In this document: positions 48,320 to 57,042 of the stretch, piece after piece
How positions within the stretch are numbered: the first letter of the stretch is position 1
Layout: each line of letters opens with the position of its first letter
Source of the DNA: Burkholderiales bacterium
Lineage (GTDB): Bacteria > Pseudomonadota > Gammaproteobacteria > Burkholderiales > SG8-39
DNA length: 58,099 nucleotides
Assembly (NCBI GenBank): GCA_035525655.1
Contig: DATLDY010000074.1
Location: 1 to 58,099, forward strand
Direction of reading: 5' to 3'
Translations under genes and position numbers: made by a program
The notes under the pieces: model-generated
Database searches by the model: none
What the model was told of the DNA's origin: nothing
The model's input: the letters and a program-made list of their open reading frames with translations, nothing else

Positions 48320-48400
48320 GGCGCACTCTAGGCGATGCCGCGCTAACTCCCGGAAATTTCACAGCAAAGGCGCGCCTTTATGTTGCCCTGCACAAAGATG

Positions 48401-48428
48401 TTGACTTTGGGCGTAGTGAGCCTAAAAT
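48401..48428 (+). promoter_or_regulatory. putative sigma70 promoter of the phasin gene (TTGACT-16-TAAAAT)
   Basis: The -35 TTGACT is at 48401-48406, the spacer is 16 nt and the -10 TAAAAT is at 48423-48428. An AGGAG Shine-Dalgarno at 48461-48465 precedes ATG 48474. Confidence 0.5.
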
Positions 48429-48473
48429 CACGTTTTGCTGCATCGCACAAATCACCGACCAGGAGCTAGCCAA

Positions 48474-49016
48474 ATGTACGTTACCCCGGAACAAATCCAA
48501 GCGGCCCAAAAGGCCAACGTAGAGTCGCTCCTCGCCGTAGCGAATGCCCAGTTCGCCGCGTTCGAGAAGCTGGCGAATATCAGCGCAGGCGCATTCAAGA
48601 GCGCCTTCGAAGACTCGATCGCCAACACCCGCGCCCTCATCGGCGCGAAAGACGTGCAGGAGTTCGTGACGCTGCAAAACTCGTTCGCCCAGCCCGCAGT
48701 CGAGAAGGCGATTGCCTACTCCAAGAGCGTTTACGAAGTCGCCACGCAAGCCAACTCGGAGCTTGGCCGCGTCGCCGAGCGCCGCGTCGCCGAGTGGAAC
48801 GAGAACTTCGTGACGCTGCTCGACAAGGTTTCGAAGAACGCCCCGGCCGGCTCCGATGTCGCCGTGGCCGCCGTCAAGTCGATGCTCGCCGCCGCCAACT
48901 CCGCCTACGACAACATGAACAAGGTCGCCCGGCAGGCCACCGAGATCGCGGAAGCCAACGTCGCGGCCGCCACCGAGAGCGTCAGGGGCCTGGCGAAAGC
49001 AAAAAAAGTCGCCTAA
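48474..49016 (+). CDS. phaP: phasin family protein (PHA granule-associated)
   Basis: 180 aa from ATG 48474. TPEQIQAAQKANVESLLAVANAQFAAFEKL...VQEFVTLQ is a typical betaproteobacterial phasin. See the finding on the A7 run and the open -1 frame downstream. Confidence 0.88.
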   Translation: MYVTPEQIQAAQKANVESLLAVANAQFAAFEKLANISAGAFKSAFEDSIANTRALIGAKDVQEFVTLQNSFAQPAVEKAIAYSKSVYEVATQANSELGRVAERRVAEWNENFVTLLDKVSKNAPAGSDVAVAAVKSMLAAANSAYDNMNKVARQATEIAEANVAAATESVRGLAKAKKVA

Positions 49017-49116
49017 GCGCCCAACAGGCCCCGGCGCCGAAGTCGAAGGCGTCGAAGGCCCGATCCAGCGCGAAGCTGGCGAGCAGACGCAACACCAACA
49101 AGAAGAAACGCTAGAC

Positions 49117-49144
49117 GAAAAGCCCCGGACTCCGGGGCTTTTCT
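49117..49144. terminator. bidirectional rho-independent terminator (phasin / cinA-like gene)
   Basis: GAAAAGCCCCGG-ACT-CCGGGGCTTTTC: an 8-bp stem (49121-49128 / 49132-49139) flanked by an A-run and a T-run. Confidence 0.85.
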
Positions 49145-49883
49145 ATTTGTAGGGGAATCCTGCGCTGCGCACTTCGGCGCGCAACGCGTCCATGGCCTCG
49201 CGCACCTTCCCGGGGTCGCCTCGCACGCCGAGCTCGACGTGGATGCGGGAGCCGTCATTGCCCATCGAAGGCAGGCTGAAGACCTTGATGCCTGCGAAGG
49301 CGGCCTCGATCGCCTTCATGGCGGGAATGAGCTGGCTCTCGCCCGCTTCGAACACCAGCATCGAAGCCTCTGCCCATTTCTGGGCATCGAAGCGATCGCG
49401 GTAGCGTGAATCCAGCACCCACTCGACCATTGGCCACGCCATCTGCGGAAAGCCGGGCACGAAGTGGTGCTCGCGCACCGAGAAGCCCGGAATGCGGTTC
49501 ACCGGGTTCGGGATGACCACCGCGCCTTTCGGAAACTCGCCCATCTGCAGGCGCTGCGGTGTCACCTCCGTGCCCGGAAACCGGGCGCGAATCTCGCGCT
49601 CCGCCTCGGGATGCAGCTCGAGCGCAACGCCAAGCGCCGCTGCCGCGCACTGGCGCGTGTGGTCGTCCGGTGTGGCGCCGATACCGCCAAAACTGAACAC
49701 GACGTCGCTCGACGCGAGGCTGCGTTCGAGCGCCGCCGTCAGCCGCGCCGGCTCGTCACCGAGGTAATGCGCCCACGCGAGGCGCAGGCCGCGCCTCTTC
49801 AGCGCGCCGATCAGGAAGCCGAGGTGCTTGTCCTCGCGCTTGCCGACGAGAAGCTCGTCGCCGATGATCAGCGCGCCGAACAA
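49143..49883 (-). CDS. CinA-like molybdopterin-binding (MoCF_biosynth) domain protein
   Basis: 246 aa. ALIIGDELLVGKREDKH and VVFSFGGIGATPDDHT are present. Confidence 0.82.
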   Translation of the reverse strand: MFGALIIGDELLVGKREDKHLGFLIGALKRRGLRLAWAHYLGDEPARLTAALERSLASSDVVFSFGGIGATPDDHTRQCAAAALGVALELHPEAEREIRARFPGTEVTPQRLQMGEFPKGAVVIPNPVNRIPGFSVREHHFVPGFPQMAWPMVEWVLDSRYRDRFDAQKWAEASMLVFEAGESQLIPAMKAIEAAFAGIKVFSLPSMGNDGSRIHVELGVRGDPGKVREAMDALRAEVRSAGFPYK

Positions 49884-49909
49884 TTAGCGGCCTTGCCTTT
49901 CCCGCGGCT

Positions 49910-50647
49910 TCACGCGGCCTTCTTTGCCCAGCGCTCGAGCTCCTCGAGCCCGCCGATGTGTTGCCCGTTGATGAACACCTGCGGCACGGTGCCGCGTCCG
50001 GTAATGGCACCGACGACGCGCGAGCGGTCGCTGTGGTCGAGACGCACCTCGCTGTACTGGTAGCCGCGCTCTTTCAGGAGCTTCTTCGCCTTGGCGCAAT
50101 AGCCGCAGCCTTCGCGGGTCAAAATCGCCACCTGGTCGGGCTTCTTCGCCTTGGGGTTGAGATGGGCAAGCATCGTATCGGCATCCGATACCTCGAACGG
50201 GTCGCCGGGCTTCTCCGGCTCGATGAACATCTTCTCGATGACGCCGTCCTTGACCAGCATGGAATAGCGCCACGAGCGCTTGCCGAAGCCGAGGTCGGTC
50301 TTGTCGACGAGCATGCCCATCTTCTCCGTGAACTCGCCGTTGCCATCGGGCAACATCAGGATGTTGCTGCATTCCTGCGTGCGCGCCCACTCGTTCATCA
50401 CGAAGGCGTCGTTGACCGCGATGCAGACGATCCGGTCCACTCCGTTGGCGAGAAACGCCGGGGCGAGCTCGTTGTAGCGCGGCACGTGCGTGGATGAGCA
50501 CGTCGGGGTGAAAGCGCCGGGGAGCGAGAAGACGGCGACCGTCTTGCCTTTGAAGATCTCGTCGGTGGTAATGGCCTTCCAGTCGCTCTCGCCGCGAGCG
50601 CGGAACGTAACTTGCGGGACCCGCTGTCCTTCACGATTCGCAAACAC
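49910..50647 (-). CDS. hybrid peroxiredoxin-glutaredoxin (Prx5-Grx, PGdx type)
   Basis: 245 aa with a GTG start and a GGAGAA Shine-Dalgarno. Prx5 site [10 protein letters not shown] plus a C-terminal Grx domain ([18 protein letters not shown]). Confidence 0.9.
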   Translation of the reverse strand: MFANREGQRVPQVTFRARGESDWKAITTDEIFKGKTVAVFSLPGAFTPTCSSTHVPRYNELAPAFLANGVDRIVCIAVNDAFVMNEWARTQECSNILMLPDGNGEFTEKMGMLVDKTDLGFGKRSWRYSMLVKDGVIEKMFIEPEKPGDPFEVSDADTMLAHLNPKAKKPDQVAILTREGCGYCAKAKKLLKERGYQYSEVRLDHSDRSRVVGAITGRGTVPQVFINGQHIGGLEELERWAKKAA

Positions 50648-50740
50648 GGTGGTTCTCCAGTCAAAGAGGGAATGACCCAGTCTAGGGTGGCGCGTTCCCT
50701 CGATCCAATACTTTGTTTGGATGCCGGCGATAGGCGCCGC

Positions 50741-51460
50741 TTATGTGCCGGTGCGATGGCGCTCCAGCGCACCGAGCAGGTAGTGGATGAATGCCAGGCC
50801 GAAGACCACCGGCGCGAAAAACCCGAGCAGCGGCACGTATGCAGCAAGCCCCAGGAACAGTCCCATGACATACAGCGCGCCGCGCCGCGCGCGGAAAATC
50901 TGCTGCATCTCCTGGGCGTCGGCGTGATCGGCCAGCGCGTCGTACCGCAGCAGCCGCTGGTTCACCCAGCCGAGGATGACGAGCGGGATGATCGGCCAGA
51001 GCGGCGGGAACAGCCACAGCGGGATGCTGAGCGCGCCGAAGCCGATGAGGCCGATGAACGCCACCAGGCTGTTCCAGCCGGTGCCGGCGATGCCGCCGCC
51101 GCGACGGCGCTCCAAGGCGGGATAGGAGCGCTGCGCGACATAGTCGACCATCTGCTGCATGCCGAAAATGCCGAGGATGAAAAGCGCCGTCAGGTAGACG
51201 AGCGGGACGAAAGCTATGAACAGGAGCACATTCGCCGCGACCAGCGTCGCGGCGCCGAAATCGACCTGCGCCCACGACAGGGCGTAGTCCAGGCCCTGGC
51301 GCAGCCAATCGGCAAGGCCGAAGGCCAGCTTGCCCCACAGCACGAGCGCAGCCGTGCCCCAGATGGCGAGCGCGACCAGCATCGGCCACACCATCAGCCA
51401 CAGCATGCGCGGATGCAGGACGTGCCCGGCGCCGTACAGGATGGAACGCGCAATGCTCAT
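50741..51460 (-). CDS. EI24/CysZ-like integral membrane protein
   Basis: 239 aa from ATG 51460, overlapping the hrpA stop (ATGA). 5-6 TM segments. Family call from overall pattern only. Confidence 0.6.
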   Translation of the reverse strand: MSIARSILYGAGHVLHPRMLWLMVWPMLVALAIWGTAALVLWGKLAFGLADWLRQGLDYALSWAQVDFGAATLVAANVLLFIAFVPLVYLTALFILGIFGMQQMVDYVAQRSYPALERRRGGGIAGTGWNSLVAFIGLIGFGALSIPLWLFPPLWPIIPLVILGWVNQRLLRYDALADHADAQEMQQIFRARRGALYVMGLFLGLAAYVPLLGFFAPVVFGLAFIHYLLGALERHRTGT

Positions 51461-54400
51461 CGGCGCACACTTTGCCAGAGTTTCGCGAGGCGCTTGATCG
51501 ATACCGGCACGGGCGTGCGCAGCTCTTGCGCGAAGAGCGATACGCGCAGCTCCTCGATCAGCCAGCCGAACTGCTCGAGCTCGGCGCTCACGCCGCCGCT
51601 GCGCCGTTGTGCGCCCAGCTCGCGCAGGAACGGCTGCTCGAGGGCCGCGATGTCCACCGCCAGGCGCTGGTCGCGCACCGGATCCACGCGCAGCTTGTCC
51701 AGGCGCAGCGACGCCGCCTTGAGATAGCGCGGCAGGTGCTGCAGCCGTTCCCACGCCGTCGCGGCGAGCCACCCGGGCGCGAGCAGGCGATCGAGCTGCC
51801 CGCGAATCTCCCCGGCGGGCCGCGGGAAGGCCTTGTCGGCGGCCGCGAGCTTTTTCTCGAGCGCGCCGCGCTCTGCCACGATTTGCGCGGCGGAGCGGCC
51901 GATCTCCTGCGCGATGAGGGTGAAGCGGCTGCGGCCCTCGTCGATGCGGCGCGCGAAATCGGCCTGCGCCATGGGCAGCGACTCGGCCAGAAATGTGCGG
52001 TCGAGCGCCGCGCGCAGGATGTCCGCCTTCAGCGGGGCGAGCGCGACGTCCTTGGCGAGCGCGCGTTCGAGGTCCCGGAGGCGGTCGCGGAAGGCAATCG
52101 CCAGCAGCCGGCGCACGCCCATGAGGTGGGCTTCGCGCGCTTTCTCGGGCGATTCGAACACCTGCAGCGTCACGGCATCGCCGCCATCGACGAGGGCCGG
52201 GTAGCCGACGAGGGTGCGCGCGCCGCGCTGGATCTCCATGATCTCGGGCAGATCGCCCATCGTCCAGCCGGTATAGCGCGTGCCTTCGTCGAGCGGCGCC
52301 TCCTCTTGCAGCAGCGCCTTGGCCTCCTCGCCAAGGGTGCGCTTGATCTGCGCCAGGTCGCGCCCCACCGCGCGCTGACGGCCCTCGTCGTCGAGCACGC
52401 GGAAGTTCATGCACAGGTGGGGGGGAGCGCTGTCCGCACGGAAGGCATCCAGCGGCACTTCGAGGTTGAACTCGGCGCGGATGTACCGCGCGAGCGCGGC
52501 CGCAAGCGGCGCGTCCGAAGGCGCCACCGTCTCGGTGAATGCATCGGCAAAGGCGTCGAGCGCGCCGAGCTTGTGCCGCAGCCGCTGCGGAATCCCCTTG
52601 GCAAGCGTGCGCACCTTCTCCTTGAGGAGGCCGGGGACCAGCCATTCGGTGCGATGCAGCGGCACCTGATTCAGCAGCGCGAGCGGCACGACCATCGTCA
52701 CCCCGTCGCGCGCCGAGCCCGGCTCGAACTGATAGTCGAGCGCGAACCGGTTCGGCCCGAGCTCGAGCTGCGGCGGGAAGTTGTCGGTCGTGATGCCGGC
52801 GGCCTCGTGGCGCATGAGCTCCTCGCGCGCGAGGTACAGGAGGCGCTTGTCGTCGCGCTCGGCGCGCACGCGCCATTGCTCGAACGCCGCCGCGTTGTAC
52901 AGGTTTGCCGGAATGCGCTCGGCATAGAAGGCATGGATCAGCTCCTCGTCGACGAGGATGTCCGGGCGCCGCGACTTGTGCTCGAGGCGCTCGATCTCGG
53001 CGACGAGGCGGCGGTTGTGCGCGAGGAACGGCGCGCGCGTCTCGAGCCCGCCGTGCACCAGTGCCGATCGTATGAATATCTCGCGCGCCGCCGCCGCGTC
53101 GATGGGCCCATAGGCGACGCGGCGGTTCGTATAGACGGGCAGCCCGTAAAGCGTGCCGCGCTCGAGCGCGACGACCTCGCCGCGGCGCGCATCCCATTGC
53201 GGCTCGTACTGCTCGCGCTTGAGCAGATGCCCGCCTACGTCTTCCAGCCAGCGCGGCTCGATCGCCGCGACGCTGCGGGCGTAAAGCCGCGTCGTCTCGA
53301 CAAGCTCGCCGGCGGCTACCCACCGCCCGGCCTTTTTCGCCCACGATCGCGGATGGATCCAGAATCGGATGCCGCGCGCCCCGAGATAGCTCGCTTCGGC
53401 ATCATCGCGCAAGCCGACGTTGCCGAGCAGGCCTGCCGTCAACGCGCGATGGATCGCCCGGTAGCCTTCCGGCGTGTCTGCGTTCACGGACGAGTCCGGC
53501 CAGTCGAGCTCGCGCAGCGTGCGCTCGAGCTGGCCGGCGACGTCGCGCCATTCGCGCATCCGCGGAATGGACAGGAAATTCTCGCGCGCCTGCTTTTCCA
53601 TCTTGCTGTCGAACAGCGTGGAGATCTTCAGCAGGGTGAGGAAATCGGAACGCTCGTGCGCAAAAACTGCGTGGCGCTCGTCGGCCGCCGCGGCCTTGTC
53701 GGCCGGGCGCTCGCGCGGGTCCTGCACGGAGAGGGCAGCCGCGATGACCCGCACCTGAGTCAGGCATTTTTCCGCGCGCGCGGCGATGAGCATGCGTCCG
53801 ACGCGCGGATCGAGCGGCAACCGCGCCAGTTCCTCGCCGATGCTCGTCAGATCGTTCTGCTCGTCTACGGCGCCGAGCTCCGCCAGCAGCGCGTAACCAT
53901 CGGCGATCGCCCGCGGACTCGGCGGGTCGAGGAACGGGAATTCGGCGACCTCGCCCAGGCCGAGGCTCTTCGCGCGCAGGATCACTGCAGCAAGGGACGA
54001 ACGCAGGAGCTCCGGGTCCGTGAACGCCGGACGCTTGAGGAACTCTTCCTCCGAATACAGGCGTATGCAGATGCCATTGGCGACGCGGCCGCAGCGTCCG
54101 GCGCGCTGCCGGGCGGCGGCCTGCGACACCGCCTCGACGCGCAGCATCTCGACCTTGTTGCGATAGCTGTAGCGCTTGACCCGTGCGTCGCCGGTATCGA
54201 TCACGTACCGGACGCGCGGCACGGTCAGCGACGTCTCGGCGACGTTGGTGGCGAGGACCACGCGCCGGGCGCCGGCCGGCTTGAACACGCGATCCTGCTC
54301 GGCGGACGACAGGCGCGCGTAGAGCGGCAGGATCTCGACATTGCGCAACCCGTGGCGACGCAGCGTGTCCGCCGCATCGCGGATCTCGCGCTCGCCGGGA

Positions 54401-55092
54401 AGAAAAACCAGGATGTCCCCCGGACCTTCGCGAGACAGCTCCTCGACCGCGTCGACCAGCGCGGCCTCCTCCTCCTTGCGCGTGGTGTCCTCGGCATCGC
54501 CGCCCACCGGACGATAACGCACCTCGACCGGGTACAGGCGACCCGAGACCTCGATGACGGGAGCGCCGTCGAAATGCTTCGAGAACCGATCCGCGTCGAT
54601 CGTCGCCGAGGTGATCACGACCTTCAGCTCCGGCCGGCGCGCGACCAGGCGCTTCAGGTAGCCGAGCAGGAAGTCTATGTTCAGGCTGCGCTCGTGCGCT
54701 TCGTCCAGGATGATGGAGTCGTACTCGCGCAGCTCGCGATCGCCCTGGCTCTCCGCGAGCAGGATGCCGTCGGTCATCAGCTTGATCGCGGTGCGCGGGC
54801 CGACCTGGTCGTGGAAGCGCACCTTGCAGCCGACGAGCGCACCCACGTCCGTGCCGAGCTCTTCGGCGACGCGGGCGGCGACCGATCGCGCTGCGATGCG
54901 CCGCGGCTGCGTATGAGCGATCCGCGCGCCCTGGCCGCGGCCCATGTCGAGCAGCATCTTCGGGAGCTGCGTCGTCTTGCCGGAGCCCGTTTCTCCGCAG
55001 ATGATGACGACGGGGTGCTCCTCGATCGCGCGCCGGATGTCGTCGCGCCGCGCGTTGATCGGCAGCGCTTCGTCGAAAGCGATGCGACTCAA
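51457..55092 (-). CDS. hrpA: ATP-dependent RNA helicase HrpA (DEAH box)
   Basis: 1211 aa with a TTG start. GETGSGKTTQLP, DEAHERS, SATID, TNVAETSLT and QRAGRCGR are present, plus HA2/OB and the long C-terminal DUF3418-like region. Confidence 0.95.
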   Translation of the reverse strand: MSRIAFDEALPINARRDDIRRAIEEHPVVIICGETGSGKTTQLPKMLLDMGRGQGARIAHTQPRRIAARSVAARVAEELGTDVGALVGCKVRFHDQVGPRTAIKLMTDGILLAESQGDRELREYDSIILDEAHERSLNIDFLLGYLKRLVARRPELKVVITSATIDADRFSKHFDGAPVIEVSGRLYPVEVRYRPVGGDAEDTTRKEEEAALVDAVEELSREGPGDILVFLPGEREIRDAADTLRRHGLRNVEILPLYARLSSAEQDRVFKPAGARRVVLATNVAETSLTVPRVRYVIDTGDARVKRYSYRNKVEMLRVEAVSQAAARQRAGRCGRVANGICIRLYSEEEFLKRPAFTDPELLRSSLAAVILRAKSLGLGEVAEFPFLDPPSPRAIADGYALLAELGAVDEQNDLTSIGEELARLPLDPRVGRMLIAARAEKCLTQVRVIAAALSVQDPRERPADKAAAADERHAVFAHERSDFLTLLKISTLFDSKMEKQARENFLSIPRMREWRDVAGQLERTLRELDWPDSSVNADTPEGYRAIHRALTAGLLGNVGLRDDAEASYLGARGIRFWIHPRSWAKKAGRWVAAGELVETTRLYARSVAAIEPRWLEDVGGHLLKREQYEPQWDARRGEVVALERGTLYGLPVYTNRRVAYGPIDAAAAREIFIRSALVHGGLETRAPFLAHNRRLVAEIERLEHKSRRPDILVDEELIHAFYAERIPANLYNAAAFEQWRVRAERDDKRLLYLAREELMRHEAAGITTDNFPPQLELGPNRFALDYQFEPGSARDGVTMVVPLALLNQVPLHRTEWLVPGLLKEKVRTLAKGIPQRLRHKLGALDAFADAFTETVAPSDAPLAAALARYIRAEFNLEVPLDAFRADSAPPHLCMNFRVLDDEGRQRAVGRDLAQIKRTLGEEAKALLQEEAPLDEGTRYTGWTMGDLPEIMEIQRGARTLVGYPALVDGGDAVTLQVFESPEKAREAHLMGVRRLLAIAFRDRLRDLERALAKDVALAPLKADILRAALDRTFLAESLPMAQADFARRIDEGRSRFTLIAQEIGRSAAQIVAERGALEKKLAAADKAFPRPAGEIRGQLDRLLAPGWLAATAWERLQHLPRYLKAASLRLDKLRVDPVRDQRLAVDIAALEQPFLRELGAQRRSGGVSAELEQFGWLIEELRVSLFAQELRTPVPVSIKRLAKLWQSVRR

Positions 55093-55093
55093 A

Positions 55094-55657
55094 CTACCGG
55101 GATTCCGTCAGCAGGCGATCCACGTAACGGGCGATGAGGTCCACCTCGAGGTTTACGCGCTCGCCCGGCCGCAGGCGCGCGAGGGTGGTGACCTCCAGGG
55201 TGTGCGGGATGAGGAACACCTCGAACGCATCGCGCTCTACGCGATTCACTGTTAGGCTGACGCCATCGACGCAGATCGACCCCTTGCGCGCCACGTAGCG
55301 CGCGATTTCGCCCGGCGTGCGGATCCTGAGCACGCCGCCGGCAAAGCCGAGCACTTCGCCGACTCCGTCGATGTGACCCGTAACCAGATGGCCGCCGAGC
55401 CGCTCGCCCAGCGCCAGCGCTTTCTCGAGGTTGACGCCGGCGCCGGGCTGGTCGAGCCCGGCCGTCACGCTGCGCGTCTCGGCCGACACGTCGGCCGTAA
55501 ACCCGTTGCTGGTGAGCGCGGTAACCGTAAGGCAGACGCCCTGGACCGCGATGGAATCGCCGATGGCGACATCGGAGCGCTCGAGCGCGGGGCAGTCGAC
55601 CTCGAGCGGGGTCACGCGCACGATCCTGCCTACCGCCTCCACGATGCCCGTAAACAT
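55094..55657 (-). CDS. ribE: riboflavin synthase (alpha chain), short form
   Basis: 187 aa. MFTGIVE and two lumazine-binding repeats (GDSIAVQGVCLTV, GSICVDGVSLTV) are present. Somewhat shorter than E. coli RibC/RibE. Confidence 0.88.
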   Translation of the reverse strand: MFTGIVEAVGRIVRVTPLEVDCPALERSDVAIGDSIAVQGVCLTVTALTSNGFTADVSAETRSVTAGLDQPGAGVNLEKALALGERLGGHLVTGHIDGVGEVLGFAGGVLRIRTPGEIARYVARKGSICVDGVSLTVNRVERDAFEVFLIPHTLEVTTLARLRPGERVNLEVDLIARYVDRLLTESR

Positions 55658-55693
55658 GGCGCCGGAGGGTAGCGCAAAAGCGCTGTCTAACGC

Positions 55694-56071
55694 TTAATGG
55701 CCCGCTATCAGCCTATGCCACAGCCTGCCGACCTCGCGATCGAGCTCCAGCGCCCAGGCGGAAAGGAGCGCGATGAAGGCGCCAACGACGACGGCATTGA
55801 CCGCTGCGACATGGTTCGCTTCGAAGCCCAGGATGAACGGCGCGCTCAGGAGCCACAAGCCACCGACGATATTCAGCCACTCGCAGCTCAGGTGATCGCA
55901 GCTGAAGCCGAAGTGCGCGGTGAGCGCGAGGAACAAGCCAACGACCGCTGCATTGGTGGTGGCTGCGTCGTGGGCGGCATAGTCGGCCAGCCACGGCGAC
56001 ACGGCGAGCCACAGCGCGAGCGCGAAGCTCGCCCAGTCCTGCCACCGTCGCATTTCGCTCGTCGCCACCAT
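55694..56071 (-). CDS. SPW-repeat membrane protein
   Basis: 125 aa with four TM segments. Motifs LAVSPWL and LLSAPFIL are present. Confidence 0.65.
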   Translation of the reverse strand: MVATSEMRRWQDWASFALALWLAVSPWLADYAAHDAATTNAAVVGLFLALTAHFGFSCDHLSCEWLNIVGGLWLLSAPFILGFEANHVAAVNAVVVGAFIALLSAWALELDREVGRLWHRLIAGH

Positions 56072-56142
56072 TGGATTGGACAGGTAGCAAGGATCGTGCG
56101 TTCGGCCACCCTTTGTAGTGCGCGTCGGAGTTCGCTGTCGTA

Positions 56143-57042
56143 ATGCAGCGACACGTCGAAGTCATCGGAGCGGCGTGGGGGCTGGGCGGACCGGAGCCGG
56201 GTTGCGCGGAGGCACCGAGCGTGCTCGCGCCACTGCTGGCCGAGCAGCTGCGCCGCTGCAGCGTGCCTATGCAGGCGGGCGCGATCCTCAGCCCGAACCG
56301 CACGGAGCGGAGGAAGCAGCTCGCGGTCAGCCGGCTTTGCGGCCTGCTCGCCTCGGCGGTCGCCGATTCCATCGGGAACGGTCGCCTGCCATGCGTGCTG
56401 GGCGGAGACCACAGCTGCGCCGGCGGCACCTGGACCGGCGTCGCCCGCGGCGTGCGGGGCTCGCTTGGCCTCGTGTGGATCGATGCGCACATGGATGCGC
56501 ACACGCCGCACACCAGCCACACCGGGCGCCTGCACGGCATGCCGCTCGCGTGGCTTCTCGGCCAGGATGACGACCCGCTCTATGGCCTCGCCACCGGCGT
56601 CATCGAGCCCCAGCATGTGGCGCTCGTCGGCGTGCGCAGCTTCGAGCCGGAGGAGCGCGAGCGGCTGGAGCGCCTCGGCGTGCGCATTTTTTACATGGAA
56701 GAAGTCCGCCAGCGGGGAGTCGATGCGGTCCTCGCGGATGCGCTGGCCATCGCCACCCGTGGCACCGCCGCCTTCGGCATCAGCGTCGACCTCGACGTCG
56801 TCTCGCCGGACGAAGCACCCGGCGTCGGCACGCCCGTGCCCGACGGCGTCTCGGCCATCGACCTCACGCGCGCGCTGGAGGGAATCGGCGGCCGGGCCGA
56901 CCTCGCCGCGGTGGAGCTTGTGGAATACAGCCCGCGCCTCGATCCGACGCGAGCGAGCGCGCGCGTTGCGATCGAGATCCTTCGAGCCGCTCTATGTGGA
57001 AGAAGCGGCGGGTCTTGCGAGCAATCTCAGGTCGCCGCCTAG
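56143..57042 (+). CDS. arginase/agmatinase/formiminoglutamase-family ureohydrolase
   Basis: 299 aa. Mn-binding motifs LGGDHS, WIDAHMDAHTP and SVDLDVVSPDEAPGVGTP are present. The 3' end overlaps the ribD 3' end by 51 nt. Confidence 0.85.
   Translation: MQRHVEVIGAAWGLGGPEPGCAEAPSVLAPLLAEQLRRCSVPMQAGAILSPNRTERRKQLAVSRLCGLLASAVADSIGNGRLPCVLGGDHSCAGGTWTGVARGVRGSLGLVWIDAHMDAHTPHTSHTGRLHGMPLAWLLGQDDDPLYGLATGVIEPQHVALVGVRSFEPEERERLERLGVRIFYMEEVRQRGVDAVLADALAIATRGTAAFGISVDLDVVSPDEAPGVGTPVPDGVSAIDLTRALEGIGGRADLAAVELVEYSPRLDPTRASARVAIEILRAALCGRSGGSCEQSQVAA

Noticed and set aside
51472-55137. A 1221-aa ORF on the plus strand spanning the whole hrpA locus.
   Set aside because: It is exactly antisense to a helicase gene with every DEAH/HA2 motif intact. 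Its translation is Arg/Ala/Gly/Leu-rich with no recognisable motifs. Stop-free antisense frames are expected when GC3 is very high. The same reasoning applies to the other long shadow ORFs.
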